Source of the DNA: an uncultured Gemmatimonadales bacterium
Lineage (GTDB): Bacteria > Gemmatimonadota > Gemmatimonadetes > Gemmatimonadales > GWC2-71-9
Assembly: GCA_963844035.1 (NCBI GenBank)
Contig: CAWJMT010000003.1
Coordinates: 320,001 to 384,000, forward strand
Length of the DNA stretch: 64,000 nt
Direction: 5' to 3'
The notes beneath the pieces were generated by a model that saw only the letters and a program-made list of their open reading frames with translations, had not been told where the DNA came from and did not search any database. Shown in pieces: positions 32,792 to 41,848 of this stretch (within the stretch, counting starts at the first letter, position 1; each line of letters begins with the position of its first letter). The translations under genes were made by a program, and so were the position numbers.

Positions 32792-34368
32792 GCGGGCACC
32801 CCGACCCCGCTGCCGTGGAGCACGACCCGTCCGCCAAACCCGAGGCCACTGTAGCTCAACCCTCGGAACGCTTCGACATCCTGGGCCATGCGCTCGAACG
32901 CGTCCGCGGCCGTGGCGAGATGCGGTCCCCGGCCCAGCGCGGCGAGAATCTCGCTCAGCACCCACCAGGCCGGCTGGGCCATGCCCGGGGCGGGCCTGGC
33001 CTGCCAATAACGCTGCACCCGTCCGTCGCGATTGACGAACGTGCCCTCTTCTTCCGCCAAGTTCGCGATCGGCAGCACGAGATCCGCTCCGCGCACCGCC
33101 GCTCCCGCATCGTCCGGCAGCACGGTGCCCAGATAGATGAGCGCGCCCGCCGGTCGCGCGGCAACCTGGGGATCGTCGAGCACGAGGGCGACCGCCGCGC
33201 GCTCGACGGCGGCGAGGGTGGCCGGATAGTCGCGGTTGTACCCCAGCAGCTCTGCGCCGCGCGCGTTGGGAACCCGTTCGGCGCGCAGCGCCAAATTCGG
33301 CACGCCGGCGAGCGGTGCCTCGTCACCCATCACGACCTGGAACGACCCGGTCCAGTCGAGGTCGGCAAACAACGCGCGGGCCAGGTACAGCGCCTCGGTC
33401 GACGCGCGCGGGGAAACGAGTCCGACCGCCGTCCCGCCGACGCCGCGCAGGATCTCGGCCGCCCGATCGATCGCCTCATCCCAGTCCACGGCGCGGTGCG
33501 TCCCGTCGGCGTGGCGCACCAGCGGCGCCTCAATGCGATCGCCGCGGTTCAGCCAGCGGTAGTTCGCGCGGCCGTGGTCACACATGAAGTAGCTGTTGAC
33601 CGCCAGGTTGGGCCGCGGCCGGATGCGCACCACCACGTTGTCCCGGGTGTCGAGAGTGACATTGCACCCCTGCGAGCAGCCGCTGCAGACCGATGCGGTC
33701 TTGTCGAGCTCCCAGGCGCGCGCCTTGTGGAGGAAGTCCTTCGACAGGAGCGACCCCACGGGGCAGAGGTCCACCACATTCCCGGCCCAGGAGTGGTCGA
33801 GGCGGGCCTCGGGGTGAATGCCCACGTAGGCCCGGTCGCCTCGCTCGGAAATATTGAGGACCGGCTCCTGCACCACGTCTTCCATGAAGCGCACACAGCG
33901 CGTGCACAGGATGCAGCGATTGGGAACGTAGAGGACGTCGGGTCCGAAATCCTCCACCGGATTGAATCGCTTGGCGTACGTCGGGCTGAACCGGCTGGAC
34001 GGCCGCCCCTCCTGGAACGTGAAGTCCTGCAGCTCGCACTCGCCGGCCTGGTCGCAGATGGGGCAGTCGAGGGGGTGATTGATCAGCAGCAGCTCGAGCA
34101 CCCCCGTGCGGGCCGCCTTCGCCTGCGCGGACTGGGTATGCACGACCATCCCCTCGCTCACCTGCGTGGAACAGGCGATCTGCAGCTTGGGCGCCTTTTC
34201 GATCTCGACGAGACACATGCGGCACACGCCCGCCACGGGGAGTCCCGGGTGGTAGCAATAGTGCGGCACGAGAACGCCGGTCTGCTTGGCGGCCTCGATG
34301 ACGAGGGTGCCCTTGGGGACACTCACGGGAGTGCCATCGATGATCAGATTGATCAGCTCTTCAGGCAT
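32788..34368 (-). CDS. nuoG: NADH-quinone oxidoreductase subunit G (short, 526 aa)
   Basis: PHYCYHP...CRMC, HPLDCPICDQAGEC, CILCTRC, CSGCSQGC. Confidence 0.92.
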   Translation of the reverse strand: MPEELINLIIDGTPVSVPKGTLVIEAAKQTGVLVPHYCYHPGLPVAGVCRMCLVEIEKAPKLQIACSTQVSEGMVVHTQSAQAKAARTGVLELLLINHPLDCPICDQAGECELQDFTFQEGRPSSRFSPTYAKRFNPVEDFGPDVLYVPNRCILCTRCVRFMEDVVQEPVLNISERGDRAYVGIHPEARLDHSWAGNVVDLCPVGSLLSKDFLHKARAWELDKTASVCSGCSQGCNVTLDTRDNVVVRIRPRPNLAVNSYFMCDHGRANYRWLNRGDRIEAPLVRHADGTHRAVDWDEAIDRAAEILRGVGGTAVGLVSPRASTEALYLARALFADLDWTGSFQVVMGDEAPLAGVPNLALRAERVPNARGAELLGYNRDYPATLAAVERAAVALVLDDPQVAARPAGALIYLGTVLPDDAGAAVRGADLVLPIANLAEEEGTFVNRDGRVQRYWQARPAPGMAQPAWWVLSEILAALGRGPHLATAADAFERMAQDVEAFRGLSYSGLGFGGRVVLHGSGVGVPA

Positions 34369-34369
34369 T

Positions 34370-34404
34370 ACCCTTCCCCCGTCCCCCTTCCCTCGTCCCG
34401 CCTC
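34370..34404. repeat. Degenerate 7-bp periodic tract x5 (ACCCTTC, CCCCGTC, CCCCTTC, CCTCGTC, CCGCCTC) filling the nuoF-nuoG spacer
   Basis: Read directly. Purine-rich on the mRNA strand. Confidence 0.6.
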
Positions 34405-35683
34405 ATGCGACCATCACCGGCTGTTTCCGCCCCGCGATGTAGTCCTCGAACTCGCTGCGGAATTTCTTGATCCCGCTGACGACCGGCGCGGCGCAGGAAT
34501 CGGAGAGGACGCAGATGGTTTTGCCCGTCATGTTGTCCGACAGCTCCAGCAGGAGGTCGAGGTCTTCCGTCTTCCCCTGCCCCGCCAGCATGCGCTCGAG
34601 GATCTTCACCGTCCACGCGGTGCCCTCGCGGCATTGCGTACACTGGGCGCAGGACTCGTGCGCGTAGAACCGGGCGAAGCGCATGATTTCGTAGACCATG
34701 TCGGCCGTGTCGTCGAATACGATCACGCCGCCCGACCCGAGCATCGTGCCCTTCTCGACGCAGCCCTCGTAGTCGAGCAGGCAGCTCTCCGTCTCGTCGC
34801 GATTGAGAATCGGCACCGACGATCCGCCCGGGATGCAGGCCTTGAGGGTCCGCCCCGGACGCACCCCGCCGCTCAGCTCGTGCACCAGATCCTTGAGCGG
34901 GAACCCCATCGTGACTTCGTAGTTGCCCGGCTGCCGCACGTGCCCGCACACCGAGAACAGCTTGGTCCCGGTGCTCTTCGGATTGGAGAGGCTCATCGCC
35001 TTGTACCAGTCCGCGCCGCGCTTCAGGATCGGCGGGACGGCGGCGAGCGTCTCGACGTTGTTGATCGTCGTCGGCATGCCGAACACGCCGACCGCCGCCG
35101 GGAACGGCGGCTTGATCCGCGGGTTGCCGCGCTTGCCTTCGAGCGAGTTCATCAGGGCGGTTTCCTCGCCGCAGATGTAGGCGCCCGCACCGCGGTGCAG
35201 ATGGACCTTCTGCTTTCCGAGCACTCCGGCCGCCTCGGCCTCTGCCAACGCCTGGGCCATTACCGCCAGCGGCTCGGTGAACTCGCCGCGGATGTAGATG
35301 TACCCGACCTCGGCTTGGATCGCATGCATCGCGATCAAGGTGCCCTCGAGCAGCGCGTGCGGCGTCCAGCGCATGATCTCGCGGTCCTTGAAAGTGCCCG
35401 GCTCCGACTCGTCGGCGTTCACGCAGAGGTAGTGGGCCTTCTTTTTTTCCTTGGGCATGAAGGACCATTTGACGCCCGTTGGAAACCCCGCTCCGCCGCG
35501 ACCGCGCAGCCCCGAGTTCTTCACTTCCTCCACCACCCCCGCCGGTGGCAGGGCGCGCGCGCGCTCCAGCGCCTGGTAGCCGCCGCGCTTCACCCACCCT
35601 TTGTAGGTGCGCGCCTCGGCGTCGCCGAAATACTGCGACAGCACGACTGTCTCGCGGGGATGCGGCTTGTGCGGATAACCCAT
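34403..35683 (-). CDS. nuoF: NADH-quinone oxidoreductase subunit F
   Basis: GLRGRGGAGF, NADESEPGTFKD, GAGAYICGEETAL, ESCAQCTQCREG, ICVLSD. Confidence 0.97.
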   Translation of the reverse strand: MGYPHKPHPRETVVLSQYFGDAEARTYKGWVKRGGYQALERARALPPAGVVEEVKNSGLRGRGGAGFPTGVKWSFMPKEKKKAHYLCVNADESEPGTFKDREIMRWTPHALLEGTLIAMHAIQAEVGYIYIRGEFTEPLAVMAQALAEAEAAGVLGKQKVHLHRGAGAYICGEETALMNSLEGKRGNPRIKPPFPAAVGVFGMPTTINNVETLAAVPPILKRGADWYKAMSLSNPKSTGTKLFSVCGHVRQPGNYEVTMGFPLKDLVHELSGGVRPGRTLKACIPGGSSVPILNRDETESCLLDYEGCVEKGTMLGSGGVIVFDDTADMVYEIMRFARFYAHESCAQCTQCREGTAWTVKILERMLAGQGKTEDLDLLLELSDNMTGKTICVLSDSCAAPVVSGIKKFRSEFEDYIAGRKQPVMVA

Positions 35684-35685
35684 GG

Positions 35686-36198
35686 CTATCGGTACTGCTT
35701 CACGAGGTCCGGAACACGCTCCGGCGTCACGCTTTCGATAAAGTCATCGTTCACGAGCACCGGCGTGGCGAAGCCGCATGCGCCCAGGCACTCGACCTCG
35801 ATGATGGTCCACCTTCCGTCGGGGCTCGTCGCCCCGAGCTCCTTGGCCCCCGTGTGCTCGAGCAACGCCTTCACCACGTCCGCCGAGCCGCAGAGGTGGC
35901 ACGGGGACGTCGTGCACACCTGGACGAAATTCGTGCCCACCGGGTGCTGGTGGTACATCGTGTAGAACGTCACCACGCCGCGGACATACGCCGGCGTGAT
36001 GCCCAGAACCTCGCCGACTTCGGCCATGTCGCGATCCGAGATCCAGCCGCGCGCTTCCTGCACCAGCCACAAAGCCGGGAGCAGCGCCGCCTGCTTCGTG
36101 GGATAGCGCGGGAGGATTTCCTGCAGGCGCTCGAGTACCTCACCGGTAAAGACCGGAGCGGACACCTCTGCGGCGTCGTGCAGCGCCGTCTCGCTCAT
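35686..36198 (-). CDS. nuoE: NADH-quinone oxidoreductase subunit E
   Basis: VVTFYTMY, VCTTSPCHLCG, VECLGACG. Confidence 0.95.
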   Translation of the reverse strand: MSETALHDAAEVSAPVFTGEVLERLQEILPRYPTKQAALLPALWLVQEARGWISDRDMAEVGEVLGITPAYVRGVVTFYTMYHQHPVGTNFVQVCTTSPCHLCGSADVVKALLEHTGAKELGATSPDGRWTIIEVECLGACGFATPVLVNDDFIESVTPERVPDLVKQYR

Positions 36199-37493
36199 CG
36201 ATCCACCTCGCCCATCACAATGTCCACCGACGCGTTGATCGCGATCAGGTCCGACAGCAGGTGTCCTTCCGCCATCTTCGCGAGCGAGGACAGGTTGATG
36301 AACGAGGGCGGACGGATGCGCCAGCGCACCGGCTTGGCGGTGCCGTCCGAGACGAAGTAGTTCCCGAGCTCGCCTTTCGGGTTCTCGATCCCCACGTACG
36401 CCTCGCCGAGCGGCGCCTTCACACCTTCCATCACCTGCTTGAAGTGATAGATCATGGCCTCCATGTCGCTCATGGCGCGCGACTTGGCGGGCAGGATCAC
36501 GCGGGGATCGTCCACGTTGATGGGACCGTCGGGAAGGCGGTCGAGTGCCTGCGCCAGGATGCGGGTGGACTGACGGCACTCCTCGAGACGCACGAGGTAG
36601 CGGTCGTACACGTCGCCGTGCTCGCCCACCGGGACGTCAAACTCGTACGTCTCGTAGCCGAGGTAGGGCTTGTCGCGGCGCACGTCGTAGGCCACGCCGC
36701 TGGCACGGAGCATCGGTCCCGAGAGCGAGTGGTTGATCGCCTCGGCGGCGGTCATCACGCCGACCCCCTGCGTTCGCCCCGCCCAGATCGCGTTGCGCGT
36801 GAGCACCTTGTCGATCTCATCGAGCGTCGCGGGGAATGTGGCGACGAAGTCGCGTAAGCCGTCCGTGAATCCGGTGGGGATGTCGGCCATGAGACCGCCC
36901 ACCCGCGTGAGACTGGTGGTGAGCCGCGCGCCGGTCCACATCTCCTGGAGGTTGTAAACGCGCTCGCGCTGCTGGAAGGCCCACAAAAACGGCGTGAAGG
37001 CGCCCAGGTCGATCGAGGTGGTGCCGAGCCACACGAGATGGGAAATGACGCGGCTCAGCTCGCACGCGATGACGCGCAGCACCGTGCAGCGCGGGGTGAT
37101 CTCGATCCCCATCAGCCGCTCGGCGGCGAGCGCCACACCCACATTGTTCGCCATCGGCGACAGATAGTCGGTGCGGTCGGTGAGCGGGATGATCTGGTTG
37201 TAGTGGCGGTACTCGCCAAGCTTCTCGAAGCCCGAATGCAGGTACCCGACGTGCGGGATGACGCGCACCACCGTTTCCCCGTCGAGCACCACCACCAGCC
37301 GCAGCACGCCGTGCGTCGCAGGATGCTGCGGGCCGATGTTGATGAGCATCTGCTCGCCACCCAGCCCGGGCTCGGCAGCCCGCTCCGCGGGTGCGCTCAC
37401 GGGTTCGGCCACGCCCAACGGGATGCGGGCCGGCCGGCCCAGGGCATCGTGTCCGGGGGTCGCGAGCTCGAGCTCGACGGTCCGCTTGCTCAT
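36195..37493 (-). CDS. nuoD: NADH-quinone oxidoreductase subunit D
   Basis: NIGPQHPATHGVLRL, GYLHSGFEK, DRTDY, ENPKGE, DIVMGEVDR. Confidence 0.97.
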   Translation of the reverse strand: MSKRTVELELATPGHDALGRPARIPLGVAEPVSAPAERAAEPGLGGEQMLINIGPQHPATHGVLRLVVVLDGETVVRVIPHVGYLHSGFEKLGEYRHYNQIIPLTDRTDYLSPMANNVGVALAAERLMGIEITPRCTVLRVIACELSRVISHLVWLGTTSIDLGAFTPFLWAFQQRERVYNLQEMWTGARLTTSLTRVGGLMADIPTGFTDGLRDFVATFPATLDEIDKVLTRNAIWAGRTQGVGVMTAAEAINHSLSGPMLRASGVAYDVRRDKPYLGYETYEFDVPVGEHGDVYDRYLVRLEECRQSTRILAQALDRLPDGPINVDDPRVILPAKSRAMSDMEAMIYHFKQVMEGVKAPLGEAYVGIENPKGELGNYFVSDGTAKPVRWRIRPPSFINLSSLAKMAEGHLLSDLIAINASVDIVMGEVDR

Positions 37494-38110
37494 TCGGAGA
37501 AGGGCAGCTTGCCGCGCTCGCCCTTGCGGAGGCGTTCTTTCATGTCCGGCGGGAGCTCCTGGTACGCTTCGGCGAGCGACAGCTCTTCCATCGAGTAGTG
37601 TGCTTCAGGATTGGCCGCGAGCGCCTGGCGCACCTGCTCGGCGCGGCTGAACCGTCCCCGCAGCGGGAAGTCTTTGCGGAGCGGATGACCCTCGGCGTAC
37701 GTCTCCCACATCAGGATGCGCCGCAGGTCGGGGTGGCCGCGAAATGTGATCCCGAACATGTCGAACACTTCCCGCTCCAGCCAATTGGCGCCGTTCCAGA
37801 GCGGCACGACGGAATCGACGGCCAGGGGTTCCGCGGGATCGAGCTCCACCTTGACGCGCAGATCGACCCGGCGCTCGAGCGCGCGGAGAAAATACACGAC
37901 CTCGAGCGGCCGACCGCCGTCGCGGTATTCGACGGCTGTCACGTCCACGAGGTAGTCGTAGCGCTGTCCGGGGGTGTCGCGGAGCCACTGCATCACATCG
38001 CGCAGCCGCTCCCCGTGGACATACACCACCGTCTCACCGTCGCGCGCAACCACTGCGCGGCCGATGGCGGTGCCGAAGGTCGCTCGCAGGGCGTCGACGC
38101 TGGGGTTCAC
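37490..38110 (-). CDS. nuoC: NADH-quinone oxidoreductase subunit C
   Basis: [26 protein letters not shown] and [10 protein letters not shown]. Confidence 0.97.
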   Translation of the reverse strand: MNPSVDALRATFGTAIGRAVVARDGETVVYVHGERLRDVMQWLRDTPGQRYDYLVDVTAVEYRDGGRPLEVVYFLRALERRVDLRVKVELDPAEPLAVDSVVPLWNGANWLEREVFDMFGITFRGHPDLRRILMWETYAEGHPLRKDFPLRGRFSRAEQVRQALAANPEAHYSMEELSLAEAYQELPPDMKERLRKGERGKLPFSE

Positions 38111-38712
38111 GCCGACCGGAACTGGTGAACCGAGTTCCCGAAGGGCTCCGAGATCTCGTCGATCTGCTCGGGGGGCAGCCGCAGGCCCTTCTCGTCGAGC
38201 GGGTGCTCGTCGCGCAGCCCGCGGTCGAGCAATGACTCGCCCTTGATCTTCTTATGGAGGAGCAGAATGCCGTACAACAGCCCCTCGGGCCGGGGCGGGC
38301 AGCCGGGTACGTAGACGTCGACGGGGACGATCGTGTCGATTCCCTGGACCATGGCGTAGTTGTCGAAGATGCCGCCCGTCGAAGCGCAGGCACCCATGGA
38401 GATCACCCATTTTGGCTGGGGCATCTGGTCGTACACGCGCCGGATGACGGGGGCGAGCTTGAATGGCAGCCGGCCGGCGCAGATCAGGACGTCGGCCTGG
38501 CGCGGGCTGAACGCCTGGCGTTCCATGCCGAACCGCGCAAAATCGAACCGGCTCGCCGCCGTGGCCATGAACTCGATCGCGCAGCACGCGGTGCCGAACG
38601 GCATCGGCCACAACGAGTTCGCACGCGACCAGTTCACGAGATCGTCGAGGCGGGCCAGCATCCAGTTGGGGCTCTGCCCGTCGATTTCCTTGGACTCCAT
38701 TACATGTTTCAT
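38107..38712 (-). CDS. nuoB: NADH-quinone oxidoreductase subunit B
   Basis: [30 protein letters not shown]. Alternative start at 38700. Confidence 0.97.
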   Translation of the reverse strand: MKHVMESKEIDGQSPNWMLARLDDLVNWSRANSLWPMPFGTACCAIEFMATAASRFDFARFGMERQAFSPRQADVLICAGRLPFKLAPVIRRVYDQMPQPKWVISMGACASTGGIFDNYAMVQGIDTIVPVDVYVPGCPPRPEGLLYGILLLHKKIKGESLLDRGLRDEHPLDEKGLRLPPEQIDEISEPFGNSVHQFRSA

Positions 38713-38759
38713 CGTGTTACCTCGTCGCGCGATTCCCGGTGACGGGCCGGCTCACGCGC

Positions 38760-39152
38760 TCAGTCCCATTGAAAAGCGCCCCGCTTCCAGACGTAGATGT
38801 ACCCCACGAACAGGATCACGAGAAACACCAGCATCTCGACCAGCAGAAACCCCATTCCTGGCCCTCCCCCGCCCGCCGCCGCCGCGTCGCCGCTCCCGAA
38901 GTAGATCACGCCCCACGGAATGAGAAATACCGTCTCGATGTCGAACACGATGAACAGCATCGCGACGAGGTAATACTTGACCGAAAACCGCTCGTGGGCA
39001 TCGCCGAGCGGCGGCATGCCGCTCTCGTACGGCGCCAACTTGGTCGGAGTGGGCCGCCGCGGGGCGGCGAAATGCGAGAGCCCAATCAAGAGGGCGGCGT
39101 TCGCCACGACGAACACCAGCAGCAACAGGAAGGAAACGTAGGGTTGGTGCAT
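38760..39152 (-). CDS. nuoA: NADH-quinone oxidoreductase subunit A
   Basis: PYESG, FSVKYYLVAMLFIVFDIETVFL, WKRGAFQW. Confidence 0.95.
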   Translation of the reverse strand: MHQPYVSFLLLLVFVVANAALLIGLSHFAAPRRPTPTKLAPYESGMPPLGDAHERFSVKYYLVAMLFIVFDIETVFLIPWGVIYFGSGDAAAAGGGGPGMGFLLVEMLVFLVILFVGYIYVWKRGAFQWD

Positions 39153-39167
39153 GGGTTCGAGCCGGGA

Positions 39168-39196
39168 AAAGTCGCTCGTTCCCGGGACCTTGTCAA
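39168..39196 (-). promoter_or_regulatory. Putative nuo operon promoter
   Basis: Consensus TTGACA (39196-39191)-17 bp-GACTTT (weak -10), 15 nt before the nuoA ATG. Divergent from dcd. Confidence 0.5.
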
Positions 39197-39231
39197 CCGA
39201 AATGGAGTGGCGTAAGTGTCGGTAGCGCCGA

Positions 39232-39237
39232 TATATT
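39232..39237 (+). promoter_or_regulatory. -10 box TATATT 8 nt before the dcd ATG (leaderless)
   Basis: TATATT-gcccgccc-ATG, with no SD motif. Confidence 0.55.
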
Positions 39238-39245
39238 GCCCGCCC

Positions 39246-39806
39246 ATGTCCATCAAGTCCGACCGCTGGATTCGCCGCCTCGCGCGCGAGCACCGCATGA
39301 TCGATCCGTTCGCGGACAGCCAGGTCCGCGAGGGGGTGATTTCGTACGGCGTGTCGTCCTACGGCTACGACATGCGGGTGGCCCCCGAGTTCAAGATCTT
39401 CACAAACGTGCTCTCGGCGGTGGTGGACCCCAAGCAGTTCGACTCCCGGTCCTTCGTCGAGTTCAGCGGCCCGGTATGCATCGTCCCTCCTAACTCATTC
39501 GCGCTCGCCCGCTCGGTCGAGTACTTCCGCATTCCCCGCAACGTGCTGACGGTATGCGTGGGGAAGAGCACCTATGCGCGCTGCGGGATCATCACCAACG
39601 TCACGCCGCTCGAGCCCGAGTGGGAAGGGTTCGTGACGCTCGAGATCTCGAACACCACTCCCCTGCCCGCCAAGATCTACGCCAACGAAGGCATTGCGCA
39701 GGTGTTGTTCTTCACGGCGGACGAGGGGGACGAGTGCGAGCAGAGCTACGCGGACAAGAAGGGTAAGTACCAGGCCCAGACGGGGATCACGCTTCCAAAG
39801 CTTTAG
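39246..39806 (+). CDS. dcd: dCTP deaminase
   Basis: [51 protein letters not shown]. Confidence 0.97.
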   Translation: MSIKSDRWIRRLAREHRMIDPFADSQVREGVISYGVSSYGYDMRVAPEFKIFTNVLSAVVDPKQFDSRSFVEFSGPVCIVPPNSFALARSVEYFRIPRNVLTVCVGKSTYARCGIITNVTPLEPEWEGFVTLEISNTTPLPAKIYANEGIAQVLFFTADEGDECEQSYADKKGKYQAQTGITLPKL

Positions 39807-41371
39807 CCAAGAGATCCAATCCCCGGAGTCGCAGGGCGGGCCGGCCCAGCCTGCGCAGAGCAAGCAGGTCTCCCTCCGCCTGCGCCGCTTCCAACGCCCC
39901 GAACGTGAACGGCTTGCCGGGGATCGCGATGTCCTGCGGCGCGCGCTCGGTGATCTGAAGAAAATGCCCGATCGGTGGCCCACCCTTGTGCAGTTGTCCC
40001 GTGGAGTGCAGGAAGCGCGGGCCATACCCGACCGTCGTCGCCACCGTCAGCCGGTCCCGCAGCCGGCGCCGGAGGCGCTCGAGGCGACGATCGTACGCGG
40101 GCGTCGGGGGAACGTACGCCATGAGGGCGAGGTAGTCCCCCGGCTTGACGCCCGCGAAAAATCGGTCGAGATCGGCGCCGCTCGCGGCCGGCGACGATGC
40201 CGCGCGCCGCTCGAGCACCGCGCTCGTGTTGGCTTTACTCTCGGCCACGTTCGGCTGATCGAAGGCGTTGACCCCGAGCAGCGCGCTCGCCACGGCTGTG
40301 GCCAACTCCCACTGGAAGAACGCGCCGCCCAGGTCGTAGCGATCCGCCAACGCGACGCGCACCACGGGGTGCCCGGCGGCCTCCAGCGCTGCGAGGCGTG
40401 ATGCGGTCTTCGGGTCCGCATCGCCGGCGAGCGCTACCGAAACGAACAGCCGATCCTGGCCGTAAGCCGCCGGCGCGCCCAATGGTTCGTCCACCACCGG
40501 TACGATGCCCTTTCCCTGTTTGCCGGTGCTCTCGGCTATCAGCTGTTCGACCCACAGGCCGAAGCTCGCGACGCCCGCCGAAAGCACAAACGTGACCTTG
40601 TCGCGACCAGCGAGGGCGGCCTCACCGAGCGCCGCACCCAGGCGGGCGGCCGGGTTCGCCTCCGCGGCAACACCAGGCCCGCAGGCCAGCGCCATATTGC
40701 GCGCTCGCTCGAGCAGCCGCGCGACGTCGATGCCGAGCAGGGCCGCGGGCACCAACCCAAAGTAGGAGAGCACCGAGTAGCGGCCGCCGATCTCGGGATC
40801 GGGTTGAGAAAGTGGCGCCGGAATCCACGCTCGACGGCCAGTGTGGCGAGCGGCGTGCCGGGATCGGTGATCGCCACGAATTGCGCACCGCGCCCGCCGG
40901 CGCGGGACCAGGCGTGCCGGAGGAGGCAGTCCGCTTCGAGTGTTGTCCCGGATTTGCTGGATATCAGGAACAGCGTCTGCTGCAGGTCACCGTCGCGCAT
41001 CGCGCCGCCGACGGCTCTGGGGTCGGTGCTGTCCAGCACGCTCGAGCGACGGGGTAGCCGGCGGTGGCGCCGAACGTGCGGCGCAGGACCTCGGGCGCCA
41101 GGCTCGAGCCGCCCATGCCGCACAACACGACCCGCGTGAAATGCGCTCGCACGTCGTCCGCGAACGCCGCCAGGGCGGCGGTCTCTCCGGCCATCGTGTC
41201 CGCGACACGCAGCCAGCCGAGCCGATCGGTGATCTCGGGGGTCCGGGCGTCGCCGTTCCAGACCGTGGGGTCGTGCGCCCAGATCCGCGCGATCATACGC
41301 GCGCGGCCCAGGTCCGCGAGCCGCCGATCCAGGCCCTCGTCCAACGCGCGCTGCGGCTCCGGACTGGTCAG
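39787..41371 (-). CDS. pgi: Glucose-6-phosphate isomerase, resembling the PGI half of Tal/Pgi fusions (frameshifted)
   Basis: [67 protein letters not shown]. Confidence 0.85.
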
Positions 41372-41791
41372 ACGGGGCTGCGCGGCGCCATGCCGTACAG
41401 CGTGACCAGCACGGTCGCGCCGACGAGAATGGCGATGTCGGGAAGCCAGCCCAGCTCGGTCGTGTGGCACCGCCATCTGAACGAAATACATCGCGAAATC
41501 GAACAGTCCCAGGAGCAGGCCCAGCAACACGCGTGCCTCTGCAACCCGCGGCCGTAGTGCGCCAGCACGCTTCCGGTGAGGAGCGCGACCGCGCCCTGGC
41601 CCGCGGCGATGGCCAGCGCGGTGATCGCGTCGCCGAACAGCACGCGGAGCAGCCCGGACCGGCCCGGGGCGTAGCTGAACCACGCAGGTGTGGATGAGCG
41701 CGAGCAGGAGCCCCGCGGCGGCGGTGCAGACGATCGCCCACGCGGCGTAGTAGATGACGATCTTCATCCGGTTGCTTGCTTCGGTTGCCAT
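41368..41791 (-). CDS. Hypothetical membrane protein (frameshifted)
   Basis: GGAGG SD before ATG 41791. About four hydrophobic segments are spread across frames. Confidence 0.55.
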
Positions 41792-41848
41792 CCCCGACCT
41801 CCGCTCAAACGAATCACTCGCCAACGTGTCGCGGCGCGACGCTGCTCA

